Assembly (NCBI RefSeq): GCF_036365525.1
Contig: NC_090399.1
Span: 42,378,430 to 42,442,429 of the forward strand
DNA from: Heterodontus francisci
Lineage: Eukaryota
Length of the DNA: 64,000 nucleotides
Direction: 5' to 3'
Shown here: positions 25,975 to 38,345 of the stretch, piece by piece
How positions within the stretch are numbered: the stretch's first letter is position 1
How the letters are laid out: each line of letters starts with the position of its first letter
Made by a program: the position numbers and the translations under genes
The notes under the pieces: model-generated
Databases searched by the model: none
Seen by the model: only the letters and a program-made list of their open reading frames with translations
What the model was told of the DNA's origin: nothing

Positions 25975-26475
25975 AGGCATTAGAGAGAGTGCATTAGAGT
26001 CACGAGAATGGTTCCAGGGATGAGGAACTTCAGTTCTGTGGATAGTTTGGAGAAACTGGAGCTGTTCTCCTTGGAGAAGAGGAGATTTGATAGAGGTGTT
26101 CAAAATCATGAGGGGTCTGAACAGACTAGATTGGGAGAAACTGTTTCCATAACTGTTCCCATTCGCAGAAAGATTCAGAACCAGAGGACAAAGATTTAAG
26201 GCAATTGGCAAAAAAAAAACCAATGGTGACATGGGGAAAACCTGTTTTATATACAGCAAATGGTTAGGATCTGGAGTGCACTACCTGAGAGTGTGATGGA
26301 GGCAGATTTAATTGAGGCTTTCAAAACAGAACTGGATAATTATCTGAAGAGAAAAACAATCAGGACTATGGGGAAAAGATGGGGAGTGGGACCAGGTGAG
26401 TTGCTCTTGTAGAAAACCGATACGGCAGGCTGAATGGCCTCCTTCTGCGCTGTAACCATTCTATGATTCTGTAAT
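25975..26475 (+). mobile_element. CR1 3' fragment
   Basis: MVPGMRNFS...LEKLELFSLEKRR; tail gaatggcctccttctg...attctatgattctg. Confidence 0.85.
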
Positions 26476-26964
26476 TCTAATAATCGTGGGTGATTTCAAC
26501 TACACATATATTAATTGGATGGGAGAGGTAGGTAAAGGGGAGAAGGGAATGGAGTTCCTACAATGTGTACAGGACTCCTTTTTAACCCAATATGTAAAAA
26601 GCCCAACAAGGGAAGATTGCTCTTAGATCTAGTAATGGGGAATGAACCAGAGCAGATAAGAGAAGTAAAAACAGAGGAACATCGAGGCAATAGTGACCAT
26701 AATATAACACACTTTAAGATGATGATAGAAAAAGTCAGAAGTATGACCTGGTTAACAGATTGGAGTAAAGCTGATTTTGAGGGACTGAGAATAGAACTTG
26801 GGAAAATAAAATGGGAAAAAATATTGGCAAACGATGATGCAGATTCTAGAACAACAATGGGAAACATTTAAAACTGTGTTCAGCAGAGTGCAGGAAAATA
26901 TATTCTGCGAGAATGAAAGAACAAACTAAACACTTGTGAGACTCTATGGATGAATAAAGAATGA

Positions 26965-27240
26965 TCTGGAATTGAAAGCTAGTCTCAGTCATGGTGCCAT
27001 GAAACTATCATCAATTGTCGTAAAAGCCCATGTGGTTCACTAATGTCTGTTAGGGAAGGAAATCTGCCGTCCTTACCTGGTCTGACCGACATGTGACTCC
27101 AGACCCACAGCAATGTGGTTGACTCTTAACTATGCTCTGAAATAGCCTAACAAGCCACTCAGTTGTCAAGGGAAATTTGGGATGGGCAACAAATTCTGAC
27201 CTTGCCAGCAATGCCCACATCCCAATAAAGAATAAAAAGT
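26965..27240 (+). mobile_element. SINE (5'-truncated) sharing its 3' tail with the second CR1-like LINE family
   Basis: Non-coding body ending caagggaaatttgggatgggcaacaaa...gccagcaatgcccacatccc, homologous to the LINE tails at 34645-34705 and 57110-57170. Confidence 0.75.
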
Positions 27241-27481
27241 AAAAAAACAAAAATTAGGAAAGCACAGAGGAACTCTGAAATTAAATTATCAAAGAACAAA
27301 ACAAAATAGTAAAATATTTCACTGACACATCAATAAAAAAGGAGGAAGGCTGTGATGGGAATAGGACTATTAAAGATAGACAGGATAATACCACAGGTAA
27401 GGATAGAGAGATGGCAGAAATAATAAATAATTATTTTGCTTTGTTGGTTATCAGGGAAATAGAACAGGTGAGCATGATTGA

Positions 27482-27817
27482 GTTTAGAGATACAGCACTG
27501 AAACAGGCCGTTTGGCCCACCGAGTCTGTGCCGACCATCAACCACCCATTTATACTAATCCTACACTGATCCCATATTCCTACCACATCCCCACCTGTCC
27601 CTATATTTCCCTACCAATACTAGGGGCAATTTATAATGGCCAATTTACCTATCAACCTGCAAGTCTTTTGGCTGTGGGAGGAAACCAGAGCACCCGGAGG
27701 AAACCCACGCAGACACAGGGAGCACTTGCAAACTCCACACAGGCAATACCCAGAATTGAACCCGGGTCACTGAAGCTGTGAGGCTGCGGTGCTAACCACT
27801 GCGCCACTGTGCCGCCC
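27482..27817 (-). mobile_element. HE1-like V-SINE, full length
   Basis: Antisense ggggcggcacagtggcgcagtggttagc head through the ctgtatctcta tail. Confidence 0.93.
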
Positions 27818-28312
27818 CTTGATATTGAATGATGAAATGAGCAATGAAATAAGTGCATGTAAAAGAAAAGGAGGATGTACTGAATAAACTAATCAAACTT
27901 GAAGAGGATAAAGCCTCCAGTCTGGATGGATTTTACCCATTTTTTAAAAAAGAATCTAGGGAAGAGATAGCAGAGGCATTACTACACATATTTAATAGGT
28001 CATTAGAAAAAGGTGTAGTGCCAGAGGACTGGCAGATAGCTAGCATAACTTCTCTACTTAAGGGGAACAAAATATACCCAGGGAATTATAGACCAGTTAG
28101 CTTCACATCGGTGGTAGGAAAAATAATGGAATCCCTACTAAAGGAAAGAATAGAAGGACATCTTGAAATGAAAAATATAATTATGAATACTCGGTATGGA
28201 TTTCAAAAGGGAAAATGTTGCTTGACCAACATTAATGAATTTTTTGAGGAGGTAACAGGGATTAGACAATGGTAATACAGTGGATTCAATTTGTCTGGAC
28301 TTTCAAAAGGCC

Positions 28313-28645
28313 TTTTATTTATCTGTTTCTGGGATGTGAGCATCGTTGGCTTGGCCAGCATTTATTGTCCATCCCTAATTTCCCTTGAGAAGGTGGTGGT
28401 GAGCTGCCTTCCTGAACCACTGCAGTCCATGTGGGGTAGGTACAACTACAGTGCTGTTAGGAAGGGAGTTCCAGGATTTTGACCCAGTGACAGTGTAGAA
28501 ACGGTGATATAGTTTCAAGTCAGGATGGTGTGTGACTTGAGTGGAACTTGCAGGTGGTGATGTTCCCATACATCTGCTGCCCTTGTCTTTCTAGGTGGTG
28601 GAGGTCGGGGGTTTGGAAGGTGCTGTGTAAGGGGCCTTGGTGTGT
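28313..28645 (-). mobile_element. 3' fragment of the second CR1-like LINE family
   Basis: Antisense of KSWNSLPNSTV...RKAAHHHLLKGN* plus tail. Confidence 0.85.
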
Positions 28646-28846
28646 TGCCTTCAATAAGGTGCCCCAGAATAGACTAATGAACAAGGCCAGATAATATGGA
28701 GTCAGGGGATAAGTGGCAGAATGGATTGCTAGCTGGCTTCAAGATTGAAAGCAGTGAGTGGGAGTAAAGGGTTATTATTGAGACTGGCAGAAGGTAGATA
28801 GTAGTGTTCTACAAGGATCAGTGCTGGGAACACTGCTGTTCACAAC

Positions 28847-29983
28847 TGTTTGAGGGTTTCCATTTTTGTTTGTTAAAACTTGAAAATTTATAATTTCAAG
28901 CTGAAAAGAGATTCCATGGATGCTGGAGTCTTGAAGAAGCTGAACTTTGTGGGGTTTTTTAAAGGAAGGTCACCAAAAGGCTTGGATTGAGACTGGAACT
29001 GTAAACAGTTACTGGAAAGCATCTGGTTTCAAATAAAAACCCAGCAGGGGTTGTTTTGTGATGTTTGCAGAGAGGTGACAAGCCAAGATTTATGGTAGTC
29101 ATGAGACGGAATTCTGGAAAAGTTTTAGTTTCAAGTTAAACTGTTAAAAAAGGCAGTTTTGCTGATTGACCCAGCAGGAGAAGACAACTCACCTCTTACT
29201 CTTGAAATAATCCTGCATCAAGAGATTCCTATTTCCTCCTGTTTTTGAAGGAAAGCCTGCACGATTAAATAACTTGCATGTCAAATATGTGGAACTGAAA
29301 CCTTTGTTTATACATTTCTGCTTTAAGACCTGACTGAAGCCTTCTGTAGCTGCATCATTTGGAAAGCCTACCCAAACTGATCAGCAACATCACCTGGAAA
29401 GAACTGTTATTGGAAGATCCCATTGACAGCTGGCGATACCTTTGGGACATCTCAGCAAAACATAGGACGACCTTCCATACATTCTCTTCAGCCTGAGAGT
29501 TTTTGGTTCTTTTAATTTCTTCTACTTCTTTGTAACAGCTGTAAACAAAAATCCCTTTTATTTTTTCCCGGTTAACCGGTTGTGTATGTATGTATGTGTG
29601 CGTGAGGGCTAGGATAAATGAAGGGCTTTAATTTTTCAATTTGTGTGTATGTTTTACTTCATAATTGGTTAATACTTAGATTAGATTAGAGATACAGCAC
29701 TGAAACAGGCCCTTCGGCCCACCGAGTCTGTGCCGACCATCAACCACCCATTTATACTAATCCTACACTAATCCCATATTCCTACCAAACTTAGTTTATA
29801 ATAAACTGCTAATGTTTTTGTTTATTAAAGAAACCTGCTTGGTGTTGTTTATTCTGGGGAAAAATAGGGTATATAGGCTAAAAATAGACTGTTTCAGTAA
29901 GTTGGAAAATTTAAATATATGTTGTGATCTGCGGAGAAGTGGGACTGGATTAACAGTGCATTCCTCCCGCATCGGTCATAACA
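28847..29983 (+). mobile_element. ~1.1-kb solo LTR containing a SINE 3' fragment (29676-29790)
   Basis: TGTTTG...CATAACA; near-TSD CAAC/CAAT; the SINE fragment is flanked by acttag. Confidence 0.75.
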
Positions 29984-30345
29984 CAATTTGGACTTTAGAA
30001 TCAGAAATGCAATTTCTAAATTTGTCAAAGACACCAAATTGTGAGGGAATAGTCAATACTGAAGAGGACTGCAATAAATTACAGAAGGACATTAATAAAC
30101 TTGCAGAATTGTCAAATAATTGGCAAAAGAAGATCAACATGGATAAATGTGAGTTAGTAGATTTTGATAAGAAGAATAGGAAGGTCACTTATTACTCAGA
30201 AGGTCCGAGTCTGGGGGTAGGGAGAGGAAAAAAGGGATCTCAGAGTACAAATACACCAATCACTAAAAGTTATGCCACAAGTTAGCAAGGCCATGAAAAT
30301 CAGTAATCCAAGCTTTATTTCGAGGATAGAATTGAAAAGTAGGGA

Positions 30346-30690
30346 CGCTCTCCCCCTTCCCCGTCTCTCTCTCTCTCCCCCCTTCCCCATCTCTCTGTCT
30401 CCCTTCCTCATCACTCTCTGTCTCTCTCTCTCTTCCCCGTCACTCTATCTCTCCCCCTTCCCTGTCTCTCTCTCTCTCCCCCCTCCTCGTCTCTCTCTCC
30501 TCCCTTCCCCGTCTCTCTCTCTCTCCCCCCTTCTTGTCTTTATCTCTCTCTATCCCGTCCCCATCTCTCTCTCTCTCCCCCTCTTCGCTGCCTCTCTCTC
30601 TCCCTCTTCCCCATCTCTCTCTCTCCCTCTTCCCCTCTCTCTCTCTTTCCCTTTCTCTGTCTCTGTATCTCCCTCGCTCCGTGCTCCCCA
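30346..30690. repeat. CT-rich low-complexity tract
   Basis: Polypyrimidine (ct)n/cccc runs. Confidence 0.9.
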
Positions 30691-32137
30691 CTCTAGTTCC
30701 ATGTTCCCACTACTCACTGCAGCCAAACCAGATATTTACCATGCCTGTATTATTTAAGTTGGAGCAAGTGGAGACGGGAACCGGCCCAGTGTGCAGGGTA
30801 CAGGACATTTACTGAACCGCACAAAAGCAACAGGGGTGGCTGATCCCCCAGGGTGCCTGCACTGCATTCCACCAATCAGCGCTAACCCCGCCTGGGCAGC
30901 CCCTGTCAGTCACAGAGAGTGACCAATCACAGGCAGGAGTTTCCACACAAGGCGGTCATCAATCAGAGCTGAGCCACGGACAGATTGTTGGGCTGGAAGG
31001 AAACCTTTGGCAGGCCAGATTCTGGCCCATGGGCTGTATGTGGACAACCCTGATATAGAGGCACTGGAGGAGCAGAGAAGATTCACAAGGATGGTACCAG
31101 AAATGTGGGGTATATTTATCAGGAAAGGATTCACAGGCTGGGTCTCTTTACTGTTGAAAAATAAAGGCTGAGAGGTCCCCTAATAGAGATCTTTAAAATT
31201 CTGAAAGGTTTTGATAGAGTGGATACAGAGAGAATGTTTCCACTTGTGGGGAAAAGCAGAACTAGAAGCTATCAATATAAGATAATCACCAAGAAATCCA
31301 ATAGGGAAATCAGAAAAATCTTCTTTACTCAAAGATTGGTGAGAATGTGGAACTCGCTACTACAGAGAGTGGTTGGAGTGAATAGTATAAATGTATTTAA
31401 GGGTAGACAAGTATATGAGGGAGAAGGAATAGAGGATTATGTTGACTTAGATGAGGAAAGATGGGAGGAGGCTCGAATGGAGCATAAACACCAGTATGGA
31501 CTGGATAGGCCAAATGGCCAGTTTCTGTGTCGTATATCCTACATAACCCTGTTACAACTTCACATGTTGTTGTCAAGGTGCAGGAGCCCTCCTTTCCTGT
31601 CTGAAAACAGCCTGCACACGGCTGTTTCACTTCTGCAGTTACATCTGCTGGCCAACAGGGAGCTCCTTTGAGCAGCAACTCATCCAAACACTCAGCACTC
31701 ACTTGAAAGCAAAAGAAGTCTCTGTCAGTCAGACCGGGCTCTCGACTGCTCCCTCACACTCAGGGTAATTGATCAGACACAGCAGTGGTGTCAGGTGTCA
31801 GTGAACGGTAGCGCACGTACTTCCTTCCAAAGTGTTTCCACATGCTGAGGTACCAAGAGGTCGAGAGGCGTCAAATCCTTTGGTGTGTTATAGTAAACAA
31901 GGATTCTTTCTTTTTATATGGAGCAAAGATGGAGAGCTGAGGTGAGAGAAGGGAAAGAAAGCTTTACAATACTGGATACTTTACTGAGGAGTTTTATTCA
32001 GGATCTTCACATTTTGAGACTAAAACGCTGCCAATGGCACTAAGAAGACACTTGCCCTGCAAGGGGTCAGGCGGCACAATCAGGTAGATCAGCTTGTAAA
32101 CTGTGTGAAGTCAGAATGCAAAGTTTACAAAACTTAT

Positions 32138-32204
32138 CGCACCAGTAGGAGTCAAACCTGCAATCTTTCAATCTATAGTCGGATGAGTTTTGCACCACCG
32201 ACCC
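32138..32204 (-). pseudogene. tRNA-Arg(ACG) pseudogene (genomic copy, decayed)
   Basis: Aligns by eye to the reverse complement of vertebrate tRNA-Arg-ACG (GGGCCAGTGGCGCAA...AGGTTCGACTCCTGGCTGGCTCG) with a 5-nt D-arm deletion and a mutated anticodon. TTTT terminator ~6 nt downstream; no CCA. Confidence 0.75.
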
Positions 32205-32601
32205 GATCAGTGAGTGTTAGTGCACATCCTGCACAGCTGCAATGCTAGCAGATATACAAGCAGTGACGGTAGAAATCATGTGGTGAACTATCAGGAAAGA
32301 GAATTATTTTTACTGCTTCCCTTCAATGGTTGAGCATGAAATGCTGTGAACCTGCACTGGAAAGTGAAACAAACTTATCCTTCGGTTACTGGTTTAATTC
32401 CAGCTTGAAGGAGTGTGTGTCTTTTTAGAGTAATTGTGTTCAAGCAGCAATTAGCTGAAGGCAGTGCTCTTAACTTAACAAGTAGATTCTGGTTTAACAT
32501 GTTGCTGCCAAGGTGCAGGAGCCCTCCTTTCCTGTCTGAAAACAGCCTGCACATGGCTGGTTCACTTCTGCAGTTACATCTGCTGGCCAGCAGAGAGCTC
32601 C

Positions 32602-35555
32602 ATTTTTCCCAAAAATATACTTTATTCCTAAAATTTGTAAAAATACATCACAGTTCAAATTGGACATTATAGAAATTGCAATACAGATCAGTTTCTTCAG
32701 TACAGTACATGAGGTGCCTCTCTTCACTTACCATTAAAGGTTATATTTATAATGTACCTTTCATGTCAAACGAGGGGTTTTACACAGGTTCCAGCCTCTC
32801 GGTTCACTATGGTGGGGGTGGGAGGACCTTACACAGTGACCTTTCTCCATTGAGCCTTTGCAGCGGCTGCCCCAAGCTTTAATGCATCCCTCAGCACCTA
32901 GTCCTGTACTTTGGAATGTTCCAGTCTACAACACTCGGTCATTGACAGCTATTTGCACTGGAAGACCAGCAGGTTTTGGGCAGCCCAAAAAGGGTCGTTC
33001 ACCAAGTTGATGTTCCTCCAGCAGAAGTTGACCTTTATCTCGGTGTGTGTCCCTGGGAACAGACAATAGAGCACTGAGTCCTGCATTAAGGAGCTGCTCT
33101 GGATGAACCTCGACAAAAACTGCTGCATCACTTTCCAGACCTGCTTTGTGAAGGAACATTCCAGAAGGAGGTGGATGACGGTCTCTTCCCCACCCACAGC
33201 TAACTCGAGGACAGCATGCAGATGCAAGCTACATCTTGGTGCTTGTTTGAAAGTTCTGGTGATGAGGTATTCTGCCAAATGACTAACAGTCTGCTCGGGG
33301 AATCATCCGACAGGGTCCACCATCTCCTTTTCCCAAAGGGCCTCGAGGACATTCCATGTGGATCGCTGCCTGTGGTCATAGGAGTTTTTCAGTACAAACT
33401 TTACCACGAGGGACAGGTGGTATGGCACAGTCTAACTGAATGGAGCATTCTGCAGCAACATGGTCGGACCCATCCTTCATAACACAAGGACAGATTGAAC
33501 CTCAGCACGTGATGACACTTGGTGTTTGCGTACTGGGGGATGCAGCCACACACAAAGGTGGCCATCAGGATGAGGGGGATGTAGGGTACGTTTTTCCCCC
33601 TTTATCTAGAGGTTTGAACATCATGTCCCTCCGGACACGGTCTATTTTCGTTCTCCGGATAAAATGGAAGATGGCTCGGGTGACTGCCATGGCACAGGAG
33701 TGGGGTATGGGCCAGACCTGAACCACATACAGCAACACTGATAGTACCTCACATCTGATAATCAGGTTCTTGCCCGCTTTGGAGAGGGAACACTGCTCCC
33801 ACATGACCAGTTTCTGTTTCACCATGGCTACTTGTTCCTTCCAGTTTTTGACGCATGCCCCAGTTCCTCCAAACCATATGGCCTCGCTCTTGCTGCAATT
33901 TACTTTCATTCCCGAGGCCAGTTCAAACTGGTCACAGATGCTCATCTATCTGCAAACGAACAACAAATCCGAGCAGAGAAACAAGAGAGAATCTAACCAT
34001 CTCCTCTTGACATTCAATGGCATTACAATCACTGAATTCCCCACTATCAACATCCTGGGGGTTATCATTGACCAGAAACTGAACTGGATCAGCCATATAA
34101 ATACTGTGGCTAAAATAGTAGGTCAGAGGCTAGGAATCCTGCGGTGAGTAACACACCTCCTGACTCCCAAAGCCTGTCCACCAACTACAAGGCACAAGTC
34201 AGGAGTGTGATGGAATACTCTCCACTTGCCTGGATGGGTGCAGCTCAAACAACACTCAAGAAGCTCGGCACCATCCAGGACAAAGCAGCCCGCTTGATTG
34301 GCACCCCATACACAAACATTCACTCCCTCCGCCACCAACGCACAGTAGCAGCAGTGTGTACCATCTACAAGATGCACTGCAGCAACTCACCAAAGCTCCT
34401 CAGACAGCACCTTCCAAACCAGTGACCTCTACCACCCAGAAGGACAAGGGCATCAAATGCATGGGAACACCACCACCTGCAAGTTCCCCTCCAAGTCACA
34501 CACCATCCTGACTTGGAACTATATCGCCGTTCCTTCATTGTCGCTGGGTCAAAATCCTGGAACTCCCTTCCTAACAGCACTGTGGGTGTACCTACCCCAC
34601 ATGGACTGCAGCGGTTCAAGAAGGCAGCTCACCACCACCTTCTCCAGGGCAATTAGGGATGGGCAATAAATGCTGGCCTGGCCAGTGACGCCCACATCCC
34701 AGGAATGAACAAAAAGGAAGACGGTGACGTCGTCCATGTGCATGGAGGCTTTGACACGAGTGCCTCCGCTGCCAGAGATTGTCACCTTTTCTATCAGTAG
34801 CCTTCCTAATGGACTCAGCAAGAGGTTCGATACAGCAACAAACAAGACTGGGCAGAGAGGACAGCCCTGTCTGACTCCAGATTTGATCGGGAAATTTTCT
34901 GATTCCCACCATTGATTGAGACTGCACTACTGATGTTTGTGTAGAGCAGTTTGATCCAATTGAGGATTCCATCCTCAAACCCCATTTTGGAGAGCGTGTC
35001 CATCATGTAGGTGTGCGATATCCTGTCAAAAGCCTCCTCCTGGTCCAGGCTGATGAGTCAGGTGTCCACCCTCCTGTCCCATACAAAGTCTCGCGCTACT
35101 CAGGGATGTGATCGCCTATCAGAGATCTTCCTGCCAGGTACAGTACAGGCCTGATCAGGGTGAATCACCAGCTCTAGAGCAGACTTGACCCGACTGGCGA
35201 TGACTTTGGACAGAATCTTGTAGTCAACATTAAGCAGTGAGATGGGCTGCCAATTTATGATTTCTGCCCTCTCCCCTTTCCGCTTGTAGATGAGGGTGAC
35301 GATGCCTTTCCTCATGGATTCTGACATGCTGCCGGCCAGGAGCATACTCTCGTATACTTCCAGCAGGTCCGGGCCGACCGAGTCCCACAGGGCCGAATAC
35401 AACTCAACCGATAAGCCATCGCTTAGGTTTTGGAGTCTAAGTTTTACTTGTCTCGAAGGACCTGACGGCCTTTGTCAGCTCATCCAGAGTTAGCGGCTTG
35501 TCCACACTCTCCCACATGCTGTCATCTAAGACCTCCATGATAGACGACAGGAAGG
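32602..35555 (-). mobile_element. Tx1-clade (L1 group) LINE, 5'-truncated and decayed
   Basis: KGIVTLIYKRKG...WQPISLLNVDYKILSK...HPDQACTVPGR, HMDDVTVF, FELASGMKVNCSKS, EETVIHLLLECSF. 3' end with AATAAA and short A-tail at ~32602-32626. Confidence 0.9.
33975..34715 (+). mobile_element. 3' fragment of the second CR1-like LINE family, inserted in Tx1
   Basis: YKAQVRSVMEYSPLAW...IQDKAARLI; tail ...cccacatcccaggaatgaacaaaaa. Confidence 0.9.
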
Positions 35556-35944
35556 ATTAGGATGAATGGGAGGAGAAAAGGAGAATTAAGAAAGAAAGTA
35601 AGAGACAATGAGGAGAGAAAGAGAGAGGAGTGATAGAGGAAGATACAGAGGAGGAAAAGTAGAAGGAGATGGAAAAGGAATGTGAGAGACAGAGGGTGTG
35701 GCAGTGTGTGAATAATTCCTCAGAATGAACTGATGAAACTTCCAGTAGAATTCTGATGAGCAAATGTAATTTGAAGGTGTTGTTAGGATGCTGTCAGATT
35801 GTGAGATTTTAATTGTACTGGTCAAGTGTGTTTATCACTCTCAGTCTGTTTTGCCAAATGTTACTTTTTCTTATTTACTGATTGAATAAATATACTTACA
35901 GAATAGAATCCAAGATTTATTGTTTGTAATGAATCACATAAGAA

Positions 35945-37030
35945 TGAAACATAAGAAGTAGGAGCAGGAGTAGACCATTCGGCTCCTCGAACCTGCTCCA
36001 CAATTTATTAAGATCACAGCTGATCCACAACCTCAACTCCACATTCCCACACAAAACAATTATCCTGAGATTTCCTTAGACTCCAAAACCTACTGAGCTC
36101 AGTCTTTAATATACTCAGTGACTGAATATCCACAGCACTATGGAGTGGACAATTTCAAAGATTCACAACCCTCTGAGTGAAGAAATTTCTCCTCATCTCA
36201 GTGGAAATGGTCGACTCCTTATCCTGAGACTCTGCCCCCTAGTTCTAGACTCTCCAGCCAGGGGGAAACAGTCTCTCATCTACCCTGTCAATCCCTCTCA
36301 GAATCTTGTATATTTCAAGGAGACCACCTCTCATTCTGCTAAACTCCAGAGAATATAAACCCATTCTCCTCAATCTCTCTTCATACAACAATCCTCTCAT
36401 CACAGGAATCGACATCGTGAAGAAGTTTGTCGCATCCCCTCTATGGCAAAAATTTCCTTCTTTAGGTACACAGACCAAAACTGTACACAGACCAAAACTG
36501 TACACAGTACTCCTGGGGTGGACTCATCAAAGCCCTGTACAATTACAGTATTTAAATCTCCATTATGCAAGTTTGTTAATGTCTTCAGGTATTTTATTGC
36601 ACTGTTCCTCTGTATTAACTTACTCTCAATTTGGATTTGTCTGCAAATCTTGCGAACAGCACTGAGATGAGGAGAAATGTCTTCACGCAGAGGGTTGTGA
36701 ATATTTGAAACTGTCCACTCCATATGGACTGCAGCGGTTCAAGAAGGCAGCTCCCCACCACCTTCTCAAGGGCAATTAGGGATGGGCAATAAATGATATT
36801 ATTCAAAGAATTCAATAAGGTTGGTCAAGTATGACCTTTTTACAATATGTGCTGACTACTCTTTATTCTATTACTTGTTTCTTGATGTGTTTCTGTTACA
36901 TCTTTGAATAAAGATTCCATTATCTTTCCTGTCACTGACATTATGCTAACTGGTCTGAAGTTTTTTGGACTTGTTCTATGTTCTGCTTTAATATAAGAAT
37001 CAGACTCATGGCACTATTCCCTATTCTGAT
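35945..37030. mobile_element. Patchwork of old CR1 fragments with a ~65-bp inverted copy (36139-36203 / 36660-36724)
   Basis: Antisense CR1 3' end (YEERLRRMGLYSLEFSRMRG); visible inverted repeat. Confidence 0.75.
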
Positions 37031-37069
37031 GATTATTAATGAACAGATAATTCACAGAATCACTCAGAA

Positions 37070-38345
37070 TCACAGATTAATTTCAATGCAGAAGGTGGCC
37101 ATTCAGCCCATCGTGTCCTCACCGGCTCTCTGAAAGAGCAACTCCCTCAGTTTCATTCCCCTGCCTTCTCCCCATAACCCTGCACATTCCTCCTTTTCAT
37201 ATAACTGTCTAATTTCCTTTTGAATACTTCAATTGACCCTGCCTTCACCATGTTTACAGGCAGCGCATTCCAGACCTGAACCACTCGCTGCGTTTTCCTC
37301 ATGTCACTTTTGCTCCTCTTACCAAATACTTTAAATCTGTGCCCTCTCGTTCTCGATCCTTTCATGAGTGGGAACAGTTTCTCTCTATCTACTCTGTCCA
37401 GGCCCCTCATGATTTTGAATATCTCTATCAAATCACCTCTCAGCCTTCTCTTCAAGGAAAACAGTCCTAACTTCTCCAATCTATCTTCATAACTGAAATT
37501 CCTCATCCCTGAAACCATTCCCGTGAATCTTTTCTGTACTCTCTCCGATGCCCTCACATATTTCCTCAAGTGCGGCGCCCAGAATTGGACGCAATACTCC
37601 AGCTGAGACCGAGCTAGTGTCTTATACAAGTTCAACATAACTTCCTTGCTCTTGTACTCTATGCCCCTATTAATAAAGCCCAGGATACTGTATGCTTTAT
37701 TAACCGCTCTCTCAACCTGTCCTGCCACCTTCAATGACTTATGCACATATACACCTAGGTCCCGCTGCTCCTGTGACAATATTGAAAACACTGGTCCCTT
37801 TAATTAAACAGGACTCATTTCAGTGCTAATAGAGAGCAGGTGATACTCATTATAGTTTAGGGTTGGGTTTTTGCCCAGTTGCGGGGTTGCCTTTGGACAG
37901 AGAGTTAGTCCAGATGGAAAGAGTGGGAACTGATGTTTGGACTGAACTATGAATTGCCAGTAAAACAGTTGTAGATCTGAGACTGAGATCGGCTTCCTAA
38001 TTTTGGTGACTGGACATCTGTCTGTTTCACACCTGAACCCCCTTTAGAATTGTACCCTTTATTTTATATTGTCTCTCCATGTTATTCTGACCAAAATTAA
38101 TCACTTCACATTTCTGTGCATTGAATTTCATCTGCCACCTGTCTGCCCATTCCACCAACTTGTCTATGTCTTTCAGTTCTACATTATCCTCCACACAGTT
38201 CACAATACTTCCAAGTTTCGTCTGCAAACTTTGAAATTGTGCCCTGTACACCAAGTACTAGGTCATTAATATATATCAGGAAAAGCAAGGGTCCCAACAC
38301 TGATCCCTGCGGAACACTACTACAAACCTTCCTCCAGCCCGAAAA
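37070..38345 (-). mobile_element. CR1 3' portion interrupted by a solo LTR
   Basis: ORF 37153-37791 (LEYCVQFWAP...VWNALP); [10 protein letters not shown] at ~38300. Confidence 0.92.
37774..38031. mobile_element. 258-bp solo-LTR-like insertion
   Basis: TG...CA termini; 4-bp TSD CCTG at 37770-37773 and 38032-38035. Confidence 0.78.

Larger units (their letters stand above)
22640..31545 (+). mobile_element. Old CR1 LINE (EN to 3' tail) fragmented by nested insertions
   Basis: Collinear pieces: NAHSICNK/VGITETWL (22690), GDFN...LDLVMGN...SDHN (26480-26960), PEDWQIA...NYRPVS...GFQKGK (27850-28310), QGSVLG (28812), RT end (29984-30345), 3' end (31050-31545). Confidence 0.8.

Noticed and set aside
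30272-30815. Ser/Leu/Pro- and Arg/Glu-rich ORFs (also 35557-35825 and 39313-39987)
   Set aside because: Translations of CT/GA low-complexity tracts.
35727-35762. Two CTGATGA motifs suggesting a C/D snoRNA or hammerhead
   Set aside because: Too short for a snoRNA, and no convincing stems or correctly placed GAAA.
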